Notes under the pieces: generated by a model
Seen by the model: only the letters and a program-made list of their open reading frames with translations
Databases searched by the model: none
What the model was told of the DNA's origin: nothing
Assembly: GCA_011109175.1 (NCBI GenBank)
Contig: RDEW01000012.1
Coordinates: forward strand, 138,525 to 202,524
Direction: 5' to 3'
Length of the DNA: 64,000 bases
Source of the DNA: Dicyema japonicum
Taxonomy: Eukaryota; Animalia; Dicyemida
In this document: positions 61,238-64,000 of the stretch, piece by piece
Numbering within the stretch: position 1 is the first letter of the stretch
Layout of the letters: every line of letters begins with the position of its first letter
Translations under genes and position numbers: made by a program

Positions 61238-62810
61238 TAGGCCGAACTAAGTTAACAAAGTTAAAATTTAATAATAGTAAATAAAAAATCATTAAAATGA
61301 TTTTTTAACTTTATTTTATTATAAATAAATTTATATTAAACAAAATTATTAGGTTTAAATTATAAGGTTAAAATTATTTTAACTAAACAAACTATCTGTG
61401 CCGTAACTTAGAGAATTGTTTTACAGAGGCTCTGTACGAGTTCCCTCACCATCAAAAGCTAGAAGATGTGTGGATCAAATCATAATGGGTCAAAAATTGT
61501 TAATTCAACAAAAACTTGTGTATAAAAATTTACTTTATTTTGTAGCAATCAAAAGTTTTTTCTAATACGGATGAAACAAAAATCCGGGGCCAAAGATACG
61601 TTGCTGTGATGATTGGATCGTTAAATTCTCCTGAAACAACATATCTGATATCGTTTAAGGCGATAGAATCTGCTCCTAACAATAACATCATTACTCAGAT
61701 AGTCGACGTTGCACTTGGAAATAATTTGGTTCAAAATGAAAATTTCCTTTTGTTAATTTCGGATGCTGCAAATTATCTGTTGTGAGAAAATAGGAGACTC
61801 TTATCCGGAAATTGATTTGATGATAACTACTGTACAAGCAGCAATCAACAAGAACAATAGAAGAAAACTAATATTCAAAGACAGAAACATCGCCATTCCA
61901 CCTCGTGTGCATTTGACAAGATGGGGGACCGGGCTAAAGGCCGCTACATACTATTCATAAAGTCTGATCGGAATTCCAAATATTTTTGAATCATGGATAT
62001 CTAGTTCGAACACTAAAAAAAGTCTCAAAAACCACGTGTTAGTTAGTAGTCTATGTGACCTTATTTGAAGCTATTCGAACATTCCAGGTTTATGAATAAT
62101 GTCGCTATTGCAGATATTATTAATAAATTTGAAAGTACACGCTTGACAATTGAACAAGCATATGATGGTTTAGAATCGTTGGAATTTGGAAATTACAACA
62201 AATTTATTAAGAATACATAAATAAAAGGCTTCAAAAAAAGATACTTCAAACATAATTAAAAATGACTAATTCACACATATCTCCTGCCGAGTATTCATTA
62301 CTCCTGAATTGTCAGCCAATTTGTGCTCGTTGAACGATGTTTCTGAGATAAAGAATTTTCTAAGATCCAACCGAAATTTTCTACCAGAAAAATAAGAAAA
62401 TTATGTAATTTGTTAATAATAATAATAAAGCCTTTTCACGAGAGCCATAGTGTTTTTATAGCTCCGCATAGGCAGGACACACACTTTATTTAAGTAAAGA
62501 ACAGTTAATTTTAACTAATCGTAGAACCAAGGAATGATCTTCACTTCTTTTTTTCTTTTTCTTGTGTGAGTGTCCTTTCTAGACAAATTTAGTTCCGCAG
62601 TGGGTATTCACTGATGACGGCGGTCACTCGTCAAACCATTTCTGCATCGTAGATGCGTGAACCTTCCACTTGTATGTGTAACAAAAAGTTTTAGTGTTTT
62701 TATTGTTTAGTTATAAAAGTTAAATTTTTGAGGTTAATTTTTGTAGTTTTAGGTTAATAAAGTTAATTTTTTTAGGTTAAATTTTTTATTTTTAGGTTAA
62801 AATCGCCCTA
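61238..62810 (+). mobile_element. hAT element (CGGBP1-like transposase), 1573 bp, with a nested SINE
   Basis: Ends TAGGCCGA / TCGCCCTA; perfect 8-bp TSD TCAATAAG; DETK..RYV, LLISDAANY, PP..LTRWGT.LKAATYY, VERCF; subterminal (T)AGGTTAA repeats. Confidence 0.88.
62414..62680 (-). mobile_element. SINE copy, 5'-truncated, with intact 3' tail
   Basis: Core matches 44760-44950; ends GGCTCTCGTGAAAAGGC followed by (TTA)4. Confidence 0.8.
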
Positions 62811-63099
62811 TCAATAAGTGTTAGCCTGGTTAGCCGTTCCTGGTGTCATCAACTATGGAATTAGTCATACAGTAAAAATGATCATTTGCTCACCCCAATC
62901 CAAGAAGAATGTCTTTTTTGGACGGGTCTCTCTGTATACTCATCTGACCTGTTAATAATACTAATATGTACTTTAATAAACACTTATTAGATGACAATTA
63001 ATTTATTTAATATAAATTATATTGAATAATAATATTAAATAAACATAAAATTATATAATTTTGGCGTGCTTTTCTTAGTTGTCATTGTATTTACATAGA

Positions 63100-64000
<901 letters not shown>

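Noticed and set aside
62611-62636. Hammerhead ribozyme (CTGATGA plus stem) in the SINE core
   Set aside because: The required GAAA is missing (TCAAAC here, TCAAGC in the 44810 copy) and the motif is antisense to the Pol III promoter.

Overview
AT-rich eukaryotic (animal) nuclear DNA, not prokaryotic. Seven compact protein-coding genes sit as islands among degenerate transposons: SLC25A43, ODAD4/TTC25, a PAR-type bZIP, a protocadherin, an SLC36-like amino-acid transporter, epsilon-tubulin TUBE1 and MetAP2 (runs off the window end). The genes are broken by about 45 very short spliceosomal introns, almost all 21-32 nt, so the supplied ORF track fragments them. Micro-introns plus a protocadherin plus motile-cilia and centriole genes suggest a dicyemid or similar reduced parasitic animal (inference only). 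More than half the window is mobile-element debris: Ingi/Vingi-like, RTE, CRE-like and R4-like LINEs, a tRNA-headed SINE, a Ginger2-like element, hAT elements with 8-bp TSDs, and pogo, piggyBac and Merlin relics. Most interesting signals: (1) micro-introns with almost no splice consensus beyond GT/AG, including a 21-nt GC-AG intron; (2) an RFX X-box exactly 4 nt before the ATG of both ciliary genes and no other gene; (3) a covarying 3' stem-loop shared by a LINE family and short non-autonomous elements, some of which carry a G-U-rich 30-nt hairpin head; (4) a SINE whose tail matches an RTE 3' end in the same window. Nine single-base indels in four genes all fall in base runs and are most likely assembly errors. 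All protein identifications are by eye from remembered family sequences; no database search was run.
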